Origin: Spirochaetota bacterium
GTDB lineage: Bacteria > Spirochaetota > UBA4802 > UBA5550
Reading direction: 5' to 3'
Assembly (NCBI GenBank): GCA_050298055.1
Contig: JBNKTL010000054.1
Location: 5,962 to 32,615, forward strand
DNA length: 26,654 bases
Positions 6,633-15,598 of this stretch are shown in pieces (position 1 is the first letter of the stretch; each line of letters begins with the position of its first letter). Under the pieces are notes generated by a model. It ran no database searches. It saw only the letters and a program-made list of their open reading frames with translations, and was not told where the DNA came from. A program made the translations under genes and the position numbers.

Positions 6633-9632
6633 TTATCTTAAATAATCAACTCTTTTAATTTTATTGTTCAATAATTCATCAAGTGTCGTTGAAATTCCGT
6701 AATAGATGACCTTCTCTCCGCCCCTGTCAAATCCTGCCGCGTATCCCACAAAACCCACAAGATCCAGCCAGTATCCCAGGGTAAATTTGATATGGAGCTC
6801 TGCCCCCGCGCTGGTCCTGAAATCGTTGATATCAGGCGAACCGTTCCATACATCACCATATTCAACGAACAGGTTCATCCATATGTCCCTGAACATTACG
6901 GGGATTGTTAAAATTCCGGCATCTGCCTGCAGCAGGGGGAACCTGTATTCAAGGGTGGCAGTGGCAATATTATCGCCGTATTCACTTCCCGGGACATATC
7001 CTCTCATGCCCCACTGGTCTGAATCAAAAGATTCATCTACCCTGTATCTTTTGTTCTCATTGCCAATATCATATTGTGAAAGATACTCTCTGTTGTTTCG
7101 GGTAAATCCGCCCCTGAGCCTTGCCATGAGTACATTGTTGTTGAGGAAACCGGGCAGAAACTCGGAGTACTCAATTCTTCCCCTGAAAATGTTTGAATCG
7201 GACCCTATCTTGTCATTGAAAACATCCCCCATGAGCATAATATATCTTCCCTTCTCACTGCTGATTGAGTAGACGTAATTTTCGGTGTTGCTGAAAGTGT
7301 AGACACCCTGTATCCGGGGAAATGTTGTTTCCGTTTTTTCAACGGGATTGCCGGGCAGATAGGTGTCGGTATATACCCTTTCGTAAATGTAGGAGAGCTG
7401 GAACATCTGCCTGTAGCTTATTCTGTTGAAAGGAAAATAAATGCTTATGAAACCAAACCGGCTCAACTCCCTGGCGAGGGGTCCCCGGTTTTCCCCTTCC
7501 CAGGGGAATTTATCTTCACCGAAAAAGAGATTCTCGTCCACGTATCCCAGGCTGATATCAGGATAGAACCGGGAATAGGTATAGTTTGCAATCACCGTGG
7601 CCCTCTTCTGTTCCCTGTATCCGTATGCCATCAGGTAGTAATTATGACGGAAGAGTGTGTCCCAGCCGAAGGTGGCAGCTCCAAAGAGCATATCGTTTTT
7701 ATCGGTATAGATCTCTTCAAATGCGAATAAGGGAATGAGAAGTGTCGGCAATACGGAATAGACCGGATTATATGATGAGGGAGTATATTTTCCGGAAGGT
7801 TCCGGTTTCAATTCTCCCTGGAGAGTGAAAAATTCCTGTGACAGCTTTACCCTGTCTCCCTTCCCGGAAACAGCCGGTTTGTCTGGATAATCCATCAGTG
7901 AGATTACATGTCCCCCGGATTTATAGGACGCAAAGACAATCTTTTTTCCATCGGGGGATATGTCAGGGGTGAACCCCCCGCCCACAAGGTTCGTGAGAGG
8001 GGATATCCTTCCGTTAATAAGAGAATATTCATACAGGTTGAATATCCCGTTTCGGTCAGATGAGAATACGATCCTCTTTCCGTCAGGATGCCAGTCCGGC
8101 TGTATATCACTAAAGAGATCACTGGTGAGCCGTGTGAAACTTCCCGTTGAGCGGGAGTAGACGGCGAGATCGGTGAACCCCCTCTCATCCTTAATGGTAA
8201 AGACGATCCTTTCCCCGTCAGGGGAGAACCGGGGACTGGAAATCTGCACCCTGCTGTTTTTGATAATTTCTTTTTCATCCCTGAAACCCGGTCCGGTAAT
8301 GAAAAGCGAGTACCTGTCCCGGGATGTTCTTACTCCCGTAAATTGTTTTCCGTCAGCGGATACATCTATGTATGTTGTCCTTTTTCCCCGGGTTAACTGC
8401 CGGGAGTCATCTCCCGATCTGTAGATATCATAGTAGAGAGAGAATGATCTGAAAAAATTGACATCGGTTAAATAGACCTCACCGTTGTCCTTTACTGTGA
8501 GTGAATTCGGGTAAAAAACCCTGCTCAATTCGCCGGTTGTTTTTTTGGCAATATTGTATTCTGTCAGCCTGTCTTGATCACGGGAGGATTTTTTTATATA
8601 GAAGATCGATGTCCCGCTGCTGTTGAATCTCGGCAGCAGGGAGTCATTCTCATGGTGCGATATGATCTTTTCGGGAGTAAGGGGCTTTTCGGTTATGGAT
8701 CTATACTGCAGGGTATACTTTTCTTTGATAAATTTTTCCCATTCTTTCCAGAGACGGGGAAAGGATTTCCCGTAAACGTCTTTTGCGTCTTTATTAAAAA
8801 GACAGGGTATGGGATAGATGTTGTCGGAATAGGGTATGAGGTTGTCGGAGTTTTCATGCATGAATTCAGCGAAACTCCGTTTGCCGTATCTTTTCTCCAG
8901 GTAGTCTATAAAGAGACCCCCGTACAGGTAGGGGACGTTTCCCCGGGGCCATGACCTCGGAAAGTGAGATGCTTCCGAGATGGACTTGAATTCTCCTGAG
9001 AGGACCTCCATCCTGATAATCATGTCCACATAGCTGCTGTTGTTTCTTCCCATCCCGTTCCCCATTGACTCATGCAGTACACTGCTCCCCTCCTGTACCC
9101 AGACGGGAACAAACGCATTGGGGAAACAGCACCTGCCGGGAAAATTCCTTGTTGCCGACGGAAAACCGCTTATCATATCGATGTTGAGGATATGCGTGTA
9201 CTCATGGAGAAAGACCAGCTTCAGCCAGTTGTCAAAGGTGCTCAACACGGAACCGTTCATGGGACGGCTGATATAGATTTCAACCCTGTTATAAGGGAAA
9301 GGCATGGCCATACCATTTGAAAGGTCGCTGCTGTCAACCAGTACAACATCAGTCCGCATTGACGGTTTCCACCCGATCTCCCTTACAAGCTCCCGGTGAA
9401 CACTTTCTGCCAATTCTGTCATTTTCAGCGCTACGGGTTCCAGCCCCTGGTGATAGTGAATCCAGAAATGTTCGGTTTTTAAAGATTTCCACTTAAAGGC
9501 GGGATCAAAGTATTGGGCTGCTTCTGTTTTATGGGGGGCCCGGTAGGAGATAAGTATCAAAATAATAAGGCTTATGAGTCGTGATGATATCCTTTTGCAT
9601 GGTCTGATGCCGCACTGGTTTGAATTCATCAA
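6633..9632 (-). CDS. Outer-membrane protein: gluzincin-like peptidase domain + TolB/PD40 beta-propeller + Omp85 (BamA/TamA-type) barrel
   Basis: Hydrophobic signal region. HEYTH (aa 143-147) with downstream WVQEG. PD40 repeats SPRFSPDGERIVF, QPDWHPDGKRIVFSSDRNG, TPDISPDGKKIVF. C-terminal MRGY loop-6 motif, ATLEYRFPL and SAGAEL strands. Confidence 0.8.
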   Translation of the reverse strand: MMNSNQCGIRPCKRISSRLISLIILILISYRAPHKTEAAQYFDPAFKWKSLKTEHFWIHYHQGLEPVALKMTELAESVHRELVREIGWKPSMRTDVVLVDSSDLSNGMAMPFPYNRVEIYISRPMNGSVLSTFDNWLKLVFLHEYTHILNIDMISGFPSATRNFPGRCCFPNAFVPVWVQEGSSVLHESMGNGMGRNNSSYVDMIIRMEVLSGEFKSISEASHFPRSWPRGNVPYLYGGLFIDYLEKRYGKRSFAEFMHENSDNLIPYSDNIYPIPCLFNKDAKDVYGKSFPRLWKEWEKFIKEKYTLQYRSITEKPLTPEKIISHHENDSLLPRFNSSGTSIFYIKKSSRDQDRLTEYNIAKKTTGELSRVFYPNSLTVKDNGEVYLTDVNFFRSFSLYYDIYRSGDDSRQLTRGKRTTYIDVSADGKQFTGVRTSRDRYSLFITGPGFRDEKEIIKNSRVQISSPRFSPDGERIVFTIKDERGFTDLAVYSRSTGSFTRLTSDLFSDIQPDWHPDGKRIVFSSDRNGIFNLYEYSLINGRISPLTNLVGGGFTPDISPDGKKIVFASYKSGGHVISLMDYPDKPAVSGKGDRVKLSQEFFTLQGELKPEPSGKYTPSSYNPVYSVLPTLLIPLFAFEEIYTDKNDMLFGAATFGWDTLFRHNYYLMAYGYREQKRATVIANYTYSRFYPDISLGYVDENLFFGEDKFPWEGENRGPLARELSRFGFISIYFPFNRISYRQMFQLSYIYERVYTDTYLPGNPVEKTETTFPRIQGVYTFSNTENYVYSISSEKGRYIMLMGDVFNDKIGSDSNIFRGRIEYSEFLPGFLNNNVLMARLRGGFTRNNREYLSQYDIGNENKRYRVDESFDSDQWGMRGYVPGSEYGDNIATATLEYRFPLLQADAGILTIPVMFRDIWMNLFVEYGDVWNGSPDINDFRTSAGAELHIKFTLGYWLDLVGFVGYAAGFDRGGEKVIYYGISTTLDELLNNKIKRVDYLR

Positions 9633-9801
9633 TGGATTAATACTCCTTTAGTATTCCGAAAAAATTCTTGATTTGATTGAAAATAACAATATAGTATATC
9701 ATGTCCAGAAAAAAAGTTAGTTTGCTATCGATTGGGTGACGGTTATTTTCACCATCAGATCCAGGTCGTAACGCTAATTATTATGGGGGCATTTTTTAAA
9801 G

Positions 9802-9831
9802 TTGACAATGGCAGGTGAAACATTTTAAATT
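9802..9831 (+). promoter_or_regulatory. Putative sigma70 promoter of cheY operon
   Basis: Perfect TTGACA (9802-9807), 18-nt spacer, TAAATT (9826-9831), about 120 nt upstream of ATG 9949. Confidence 0.4.
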
Positions 9832-9948
9832 GTATCAGTAAATGAAAAAAATCTGATACGGAAAATACCAATTAAATTTTTAGCTGTAACGGACGTTAAA
9901 TTTCTTAATGATAGTTGGTACCTTTTCTTCAAAGTAGTATAGTTAGAT

Positions 9949-10410
9949 ATGAAAAGTAAGAGTGATTTCCCAAACCTGAATGTAAAAAGTCCTGACGGGA
10001 TTGGACCTGATGGGCGGCCTTACAGGGTAATGGTTGTTGATGATAAGGAATTCCAGAGAAAACAGATCGCGCAGATACTGGAATCTGAAAAATATAATAT
10101 TGTGGCCACTGCGTCAAACGGTAAAGAAGCCCTTGAGAAGTATGAAAAACTCAATGGGAAGGTTGATATAATAACAACGGATCTGGATATGCCCATTCTG
10201 GACGGTTATGCCCTTGTCTATGAGCTTAACCAGCAAAGGATGAAACCCAGGATTGTCTTCATCAGTGAAGATACGACAAAGGGTGTCATGCAGGACCTTA
10301 TCTCCATGGGAATATCTGATTTTATCCTCAAACCGGTGAACAGGAGGATACTCCTTGAGAGGATCAAGGCCATAGCCGTTAAAATTCAAAAGGACTTAAA
10401 CGGAGTATAG
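9949..10410 (+). CDS. cheY: Single-domain response regulator, spirochete CheY-type
   Basis: Receiver motifs VVDD, TTDLDMP (phospho-Asp), FIS, ILKP. N-terminal extension KSDFPNLN..SPDGIGPDGRPYRV resembles Treponema/Borrelia CheY from memory. Confidence 0.75.
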   Translation: MKSKSDFPNLNVKSPDGIGPDGRPYRVMVVDDKEFQRKQIAQILESEKYNIVATASNGKEALEKYEKLNGKVDIITTDLDMPILDGYALVYELNQQRMKPRIVFISEDTTKGVMQDLISMGISDFILKPVNRRILLERIKAIAVKIQKDLNGV

Positions 10411-10412
10411 AG

Positions 10413-11507
10413 ATGCCCGATAATTCCGATCAGGAAAACAACCTGCAGTCAGCAGTAGACTCTTTGTCAGAGCAGACCAGGAGACTGGAGATCGCAAAGT
10501 ACTATACTCATGGGAACTTTGAGAACGCAAAAAAAATGGTTTCCGGATCATATAGAGATCTCTATGCAATTAAAGCGAAGTTCTCATCATCCTCTGTTTA
10601 CGGGGCTTTTCTTGTCTTCTTTAATACTGTGTATCAGCAACTGACAGATTATTTCGGGATCGTATCACATGAATTCAGTGTTGATGATATTAAGACTACC
10701 GGTGACTGGAAGATCTTCGAACAGGAGATTGAAAGGAACCTGAAGTTTAAACTGCATGACGATGTTCTGGGGAACCATCTGAAGGATGAGATAAACAAGG
10801 CATTTACCCCGCAATTCGGGCAGGACCTGAAGAAACTCCTGGACAGCAATGAAGAGATCGGTGTTAATCATCTTTTTCAGAAAGTCACCCAGGACAAGCT
10901 GGGCTTTCCCAATGTTAAAATCAGTGTGGACTTCAATCAGCTCTCTTCCCTGGACATGGAACTCTATTCAATAAGCAGTAAAAAGATCACCCCTGATCAA
11001 ATGAAAGAAGGGGGTGAGACCAGGGACGAAAAAGTTGATGATATCGAGAGAATAGATGATGATGAAGATCCCCTGGATGGGAAAAACGTAAAACTGATAC
11101 TTGAAGGAAGCCTTATGCTTGCGCCCATAAAGGGCAAGGAGATTTCCAGTCTTGTGAGAGGTGACAGGATTAAGGTCAAGATCATTGACAAAAATCCCAA
11201 GGGGATAGCCCTGGCCAAGGCTTTTAATGCTTATGAAGAGGGTAAGATGCTGCCCATAACAGGGAGAATTGTCTCCATCAAGAGTGTTCCCGCGGGGGGA
11301 TTTAAAATTTTTGTTATCGTAGCAAAAGGTATCTTTCTTAAGATAGAAGAAGAGGAAGAGCAGATCAAGGTTGCCATTGATGATCTTGTAGTGAAACCCG
11401 GTGAAAGTTCCGAATCCGAAGGATTCCAGCTCAGCCCCCCGGTCATAATTATTCTTGTTGTTGCGTTTCTTGGTCTTATAGCCGCAATCTTTCTTTTCCT
11501 GATGTAG
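10413..11507 (+). CDS. Hypothetical protein with C-terminal transmembrane anchor
   Basis: 364-aa ORF starting 2 bp after cheY. Acidic linkers, no signal peptide, terminal hydrophobic helix VIIILVVAFLGLIAAIFLFLM. Confidence 0.8.
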   Translation: MPDNSDQENNLQSAVDSLSEQTRRLEIAKYYTHGNFENAKKMVSGSYRDLYAIKAKFSSSSVYGAFLVFFNTVYQQLTDYFGIVSHEFSVDDIKTTGDWKIFEQEIERNLKFKLHDDVLGNHLKDEINKAFTPQFGQDLKKLLDSNEEIGVNHLFQKVTQDKLGFPNVKISVDFNQLSSLDMELYSISSKKITPDQMKEGGETRDEKVDDIERIDDDEDPLDGKNVKLILEGSLMLAPIKGKEISSLVRGDRIKVKIIDKNPKGIALAKAFNAYEEGKMLPITGRIVSIKSVPAGGFKIFVIVAKGIFLKIEEEEEQIKVAIDDLVVKPGESSESEGFQLSPPVIIILVVAFLGLIAAIFLFLM

Positions 11508-11508
11508 A

Positions 11509-12282
11509 TTATTCGGTTTTAATAACCGGACGGACAGGTATGCCATACTCCGCGAGATATTCCTTCACTTCCTTTATGGAAATTTCCCTGAAATGAAAAA
11601 TTGAAGCGGCAAGAACTGCATCTGCTTTTCCCCGGGTCAACCCGTCATAGAGATGTTCTCTTGTTCCCGCTCCTCCTGAGGCAATAACGGGTATACTCAC
11701 TGTATCCGATATCATGCGCGTCAGTTCAAGATCGTAGCCCTCCTTTGTCCCGTCCCTGTCCATGCTTGTGAGAAGTATCTCGCCCGCGCCCAGCTCTTCC
11801 GCCCTGGAAGCCCATTCCACCGCATCAATATCAGTCCGGGTCCTGCCCCCGTGGAGGTAGACAGTCCAGCTGCCCCGGTCATTTCTCCTGGCATCGATGG
11901 CAACCAGTATACATTGTGAGCCGAACCTGACGGCTGATTCCCCGATGATATCGGGATTTTCAACGGCTGCTGTGTTCATGGATACCTTGTCCGCTCCATT
12001 TTCAAGGATTGTTCTTACATCATCAATTGTCCTTATCCCTCCTCCCACGGTAAAAGGGATGTGAACTGTTTCGGCAACATGTTTGACCATGTCCAGGATG
12101 ATCTCTCTTCGGTCCGAAGAGGCGGTAATATCGAGAAAAACCAGTTCATCAGCTCCTTCTGCATCGTAGAATTTTCCGTTTTCAACCGGATCTCCCGCGT
12201 CCTGGAGGTTTATGAAATTGACTCCCTTGACAACCCTGCCGTCTTTCACGTCAAGACAGGGAATGATTCTCTTTGCCAGCAT
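11509..12282 (-). CDS. hisF: Imidazole glycerol phosphate synthase cyclase subunit
   Basis: [80 protein letters not shown]. Confidence 0.98.
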   Translation of the reverse strand: MLAKRIIPCLDVKDGRVVKGVNFINLQDAGDPVENGKFYDAEGADELVFLDITASSDRREIILDMVKHVAETVHIPFTVGGGIRTIDDVRTILENGADKVSMNTAAVENPDIIGESAVRFGSQCILVAIDARRNDRGSWTVYLHGGRTRTDIDAVEWASRAEELGAGEILLTSMDRDGTKEGYDLELTRMISDTVSIPVIASGGAGTREHLYDGLTRGKADAVLAASIFHFREISIKEVKEYLAEYGIPVRPVIKTE

Positions 12283-12482
12283 ATGTTTCCTCGATTTTTT
12301 CGTCAGCTTTTTTCATCTCTTCTTAAGTTTACCAGATTCTCTTTTTGTTCGATATTTTCAATCCCTTTTTTATTATTGTGATCTCCCGAATCCCCCGGAG
12401 GGGAGCCCCCTGAATTTCCCCTGGTGGCTGTTTTCCTATTGACAAATTATAAAAAATATTTCTCTATTGTTTTTAATAAATC

Positions 12483-12622
12483 GTAACAACTCAGCTATGT
12501 ATAAGTATAGTCATATTCAATATAAAAGATAGCCCGTATGTCCCCGCCGCATTCGGCGGCGGGGACATATTGTTGATATTTTAGTAAATAGGGTGATTAT
12601 AACCATATAGCTGAATAATAAT
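12483..12622. mobile_element. 140-bp MITE-like element, copy 2 (inverted relative to copy 1, decayed right end)
   Basis: Aligns without gaps to the reverse complement of 6463-6602 at about 113/140 identity (manual count). Same 13-bp hairpin stem ATGTCCCCGCCGC / GCGGCGGGGACAT (12538-12568). Confidence 0.75.
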
Positions 12623-12638
12623 CTATCTGAAGGACACA

Positions 12639-13433
12639 ATGAAGAAAAAAATTAAGTGGCTTGCGGCAATTCCCCTGTTCTCCCTTCTTCTTGCATGTGA
12701 GACCGGCGGGGGCTTTCTTAAAAAAGAATCTGTTATGAAACTGAACATTCCTGACAGTGAAAAGAAAATCATATCCGTCATGAAGTTTGATGACAGGTCA
12801 ATAGGAACGAGACGCTATAAACCCTGGCGTATGGGGATACCGGACATGATCATGGAGGCGCTGGGGGCCATCCCCTACTACAAGGTCATATCCCGGGAAT
12901 ATATGACCAGGCAGGTGCTGAAAGAACAGGAGTTCCAGCTTCTCGGGGCAACGGACCAGGACAGCGCCGTTAAACTGGGCAACCTGCTCAATGCTCAGTA
13001 TATTGTAATCGGCTCCTTCCAGGTCTTCAGGAATACACTGCAGATTACCTCAAAGGTGGTTTCCGTTAACACAGGAGAGATGATCAAACAGACCTCTGCC
13101 GCAGGCAAGCTGGACAACTTCTTTACCGTCCAGAACCAGATTGCCGTTAATATTTCAACTGCAATGAATCTCAAACTTACCGAAGCTGCAAAGAAAAAGC
13201 TGATCAAAAAGTATGAGACCAGAGTCCTGGATGCTTCCCTTGCCAACTACAGGGGTGAACAGAAGCTGGAAAAAATCGAGGTCCTTAAGAAAAAGAAGAA
13301 GAAGGAAGAAGTAAGGAAAGTCAAGGAGGAAGCCAAGAAGGACTTCAAAGAGGCCATAAAACTTGATACAAACTATGAGAAGGCAAAGAAAAACCTTGCC
13401 AAGATAGGCCTGGGGATACCGGTTACGCTATAG
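12639..13433 (+). CDS. CsgG/HfaB/FlgO-like lipoprotein with C-terminal TPR-like helices
   Basis: Lipobox LLAC (Cys20). ISVMKFDD, VISRE...VLKEQEFQLLG..DQDSAVKLGNLLNAQYIVIGS and KVVSVNTGE match the CsgG/TolB-N fold pattern. AIKLDTNYEKAKKNL is TPR-like. AAGGA RBS. Confidence 0.75.
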   Translation: MKKKIKWLAAIPLFSLLLACETGGGFLKKESVMKLNIPDSEKKIISVMKFDDRSIGTRRYKPWRMGIPDMIMEALGAIPYYKVISREYMTRQVLKEQEFQLLGATDQDSAVKLGNLLNAQYIVIGSFQVFRNTLQITSKVVSVNTGEMIKQTSAAGKLDNFFTVQNQIAVNISTAMNLKLTEAAKKKLIKKYETRVLDASLANYRGEQKLEKIEVLKKKKKKEEVRKVKEEAKKDFKEAIKLDTNYEKAKKNLAKIGLGIPVTL

Positions 13434-13923
13434 ATAAAAAACTCATTTCAAGGAATAAAGAGAGGGAAAATAATTGGGGCTCATGTACCAGGCATTTTTA
13501 ATAAAAGTGACAGATAGAACATATGATTTTAAAGATGAACAGCCGGACAGGTTTGCGAGAGTAACACTGGCGGCAATCTATATGTTCATGTAAAAATACA
13601 GCTTATTAAGAAAAAGCTTTTTTTTACTGCTATTTTGTATTTCTTTGAATAAATGTTATTTCTGTAAATATAAAAATATCAATAAGCTGATTGCTTGATC
13701 TGCACAGAGGTTATATAATAAAATTTTCAGGGCTAAATTGAAAAAATTCTATTTCAGAAAAAAAAATGTCTTATTCTCCTTTTTGCTGACACTTTAAAGT
13801 TAATGTATCATTATAGAAAATACTCTTTAAATTAAATTTTTGAGGAGTTTGGTCAATTAGAAGTAACTTTTTGTAAAATTATACATTTTTATTTAAAATG
13901 TATAATGAAAGAATAAAAAGTGT

Positions 13924-13991
13924 CGTTCATTACACTCTGTGTAGCGTTCATTACATCAGGTATTGACGATTTTTGTTTTATTAAATATTAT
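13924..13991 (+). promoter_or_regulatory. Sigma70-like promoter with upstream tandem direct-repeat operator
   Basis: CGTTCATTACA at 13924-13934 and 13945-13955, then TTGACG (13963-13968), 17-nt spacer, TATTAT (13986-13991). Confidence 0.6.
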
Positions 13992-14261
13992 ATATAATGT
14001 GTAGCAATGCAAAAAAAATATACACAAAAGTGAGAAATTATTTATGATGTATTGTAATCGAAGACGAGAATTTTTTTAAAAAGGTTTATTAAAACTTATA
14101 CTATCAATAATCCTGCAATACTGAATGAATAGCTGTATTCCTGGTAAAGAATAGGTTTATACCCTGCAAGAAAATTTGGTTTATATTGATTATGCTAATA
14201 TCATGCGTAATATACAGAACTGCTATATACAAATTTATTAAAATAAAAAAGAATGTGAAAC

Positions 14262-14921
14262 ATGGACAGAAAATATAAAATTATCTTTTTTACGACTATT
14301 CTGGTATTTATTATTACCGTTTTCCTATTAATTTATTTCATCCCATCTGTATCGTTTTCTCAGTATGCAAAGCAGATGTTTCTCATAGATACAGAATATA
14401 ATAATAAAACCGGAAAATGGTTTGTGAAGATTAATGATAAATATCGTATCACCAGGGAGAACATTGAAAGGGATAAATCTGCGTTGATTAATTCTCTTAC
14501 AGCAGGGAGTAATACCAAGGGCAATAAAGGTGATAAGCAGTTTGATGAAAAGTTCCTGGAAAATACTCTTAACCAGCACCTTATTATCATTGATGCTGTA
14601 GAAAAGGGAATTATCGGCGATAGCAGGTTTAATGATTATCTCTGGCTTTCTGTAAAGGATGCGGTTGTAAAATATTATCTGCTGAAAAAACTTGAGTCGG
14701 AAAAAAAATCCGGTGAAATTATTGTTGATAATAATAAAGTGCAGGAACTTTACAAAAAAAATAAAGTTATATATGAACATCTCGGTTTTTCAAAAGAGAA
14801 GGCGTATCAGAATATAAAAAGTATTCTGATAAAAGAGAGAAAAACAGAAAGGATTAAAAAACTTGAGCAATCGGTTATTAATGAATTGAAGCTTAAGTAT
14901 AAAATTGAATTTTCAAAATAA
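14262..14921 (+). CDS. Membrane-anchored SurA-N/PrsA-like chaperone lacking a parvulin domain (putative)
   Basis: N-terminal TM helix, then the pattern VKIND..ITRENIE, FLENTLNQHLIIIDA.EKGI, V.NNKVQELYKKNK, IKSIL, ELKLKYKIE. No PPIase insert is recognisable. Confidence 0.55.
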   Translation: MDRKYKIIFFTTILVFIITVFLLIYFIPSVSFSQYAKQMFLIDTEYNNKTGKWFVKINDKYRITRENIERDKSALINSLTAGSNTKGNKGDKQFDEKFLENTLNQHLIIIDAVEKGIIGDSRFNDYLWLSVKDAVVKYYLLKKLESEKKSGEIIVDNNKVQELYKKNKVIYEHLGFSKEKAYQNIKSILIKERKTERIKKLEQSVINELKLKYKIEFSK

Positions 14922-14956
14922 CTTCATTCATAATTTAAGAGGGTTTCAATAAATAA

Positions 14957-15598
14957 ATGAGAAGACCAATGTTTTTGCTGATAATAGCTATGCTCTTTTC
15001 CTGCAGCAGCAACTCGGAAAAAGCACTTGAACTGTATATAAAGGGTAAAAAAGCATATAACAAGAAGGATTTGAATAATGCGGAGAAACTTTTTTATGAA
15101 TCGATAAAAAATGACAGCAGTCTTCATAATGCGAAACTTATGCTTTCAAAAATCTACTATTATCATAAAAAGTATTCAGAAGCCCTCCATTTCCTTAACA
15201 GTATATTAAAGGATAACGATAATCATATTGGGGCGCTCTACTGGAAAGCCAGAATTTTATTAATAGATAAGAAAAAGAACATTAACAATGAAAAAATAGC
15301 AGTTGAATGCTTACAGAAAGTCCTTGAACATGATATTCATCACATCAGGGCACGTACACTTCTGGCGCTTCTCTATGAAAAAATGAAAATGTATAAAGAA
15401 GCTATTTATGAATACAGGATGCTTTTAAATGAAGAAGAGGCCCTTATAAATGGAAGGGCAAATCTTGCAATCCTTTATAAGAGAATGGGCTTGGGAGATA
15501 AATCACTCAATGAGATGAATAAAGCGATAAAGATTGCTGATATATCAGGGGTAAGAAGCTCCAACCTTAAGTTTTTGAAGAAGGAGGTAGGTAAATGA
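14957..15598 (+). CDS. Tetratricopeptide-repeat lipoprotein
   Basis: Lipobox LFSC (Cys17). Several TPR units, e.g. AKLMLSKIYYYHKKYSEALHFLNSILKDNDN and ARTLLALLYEKMKMYKEAIYEY. Confidence 0.85.
   Translation: MRRPMFLLIIAMLFSCSSNSEKALELYIKGKKAYNKKDLNNAEKLFYESIKNDSSLHNAKLMLSKIYYYHKKYSEALHFLNSILKDNDNHIGALYWKARILLIDKKKNINNEKIAVECLQKVLEHDIHHIRARTLLALLYEKMKMYKEAIYEYRMLLNEEEALINGRANLAILYKRMGLGDKSLNEMNKAIKIADISGVRSSNLKFLKKEVGK

Noticed and set aside
9832..9859. GTATCAG...CTGATAC inverted repeat near the cheY promoter
   Set aside because: Only 7-bp arms with a long A-rich spacer and a single occurrence, which is insufficient support.
11509..12282. hisF isolated from other his genes
   Set aside because: Scattered his genes are common in many bacterial lineages, so this is not informative alone.
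6463..12622. Composite transposon or invertible segment bounded by the two inverted MITE copies
   Set aside because: Copy 1 has its own target duplication on both sides, the copies are only about 81% identical, the cargo includes housekeeping hisF, and no recombinase is present. Independent insertions are more parsimonious.
13287..13308. Poly-lysine run in the CsgG-like lipoprotein
   Set aside because: It is encoded by mixed AAG/AAA codons within a charged helix, with no sign of frameshifting or repeat expansion.
13758..14018. Poly-A tracts (A9 at 13758, A8 at 14011) as phase-variation switches
   Set aside because: Short tracts are expected in very AT-rich DNA, and neither lies within the -35/-10 spacer.
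13434..14261. CRISPR array, riboswitch or small ORF in the long AT-rich spacer
   Set aside because: No repeat-spacer periodicity and no riboswitch consensus I can recognise. The short inverted repeats (GAACATAT/ATATGTTC, CAGCTTATT/AATAAGCTG) are plausible by chance at this AT content.
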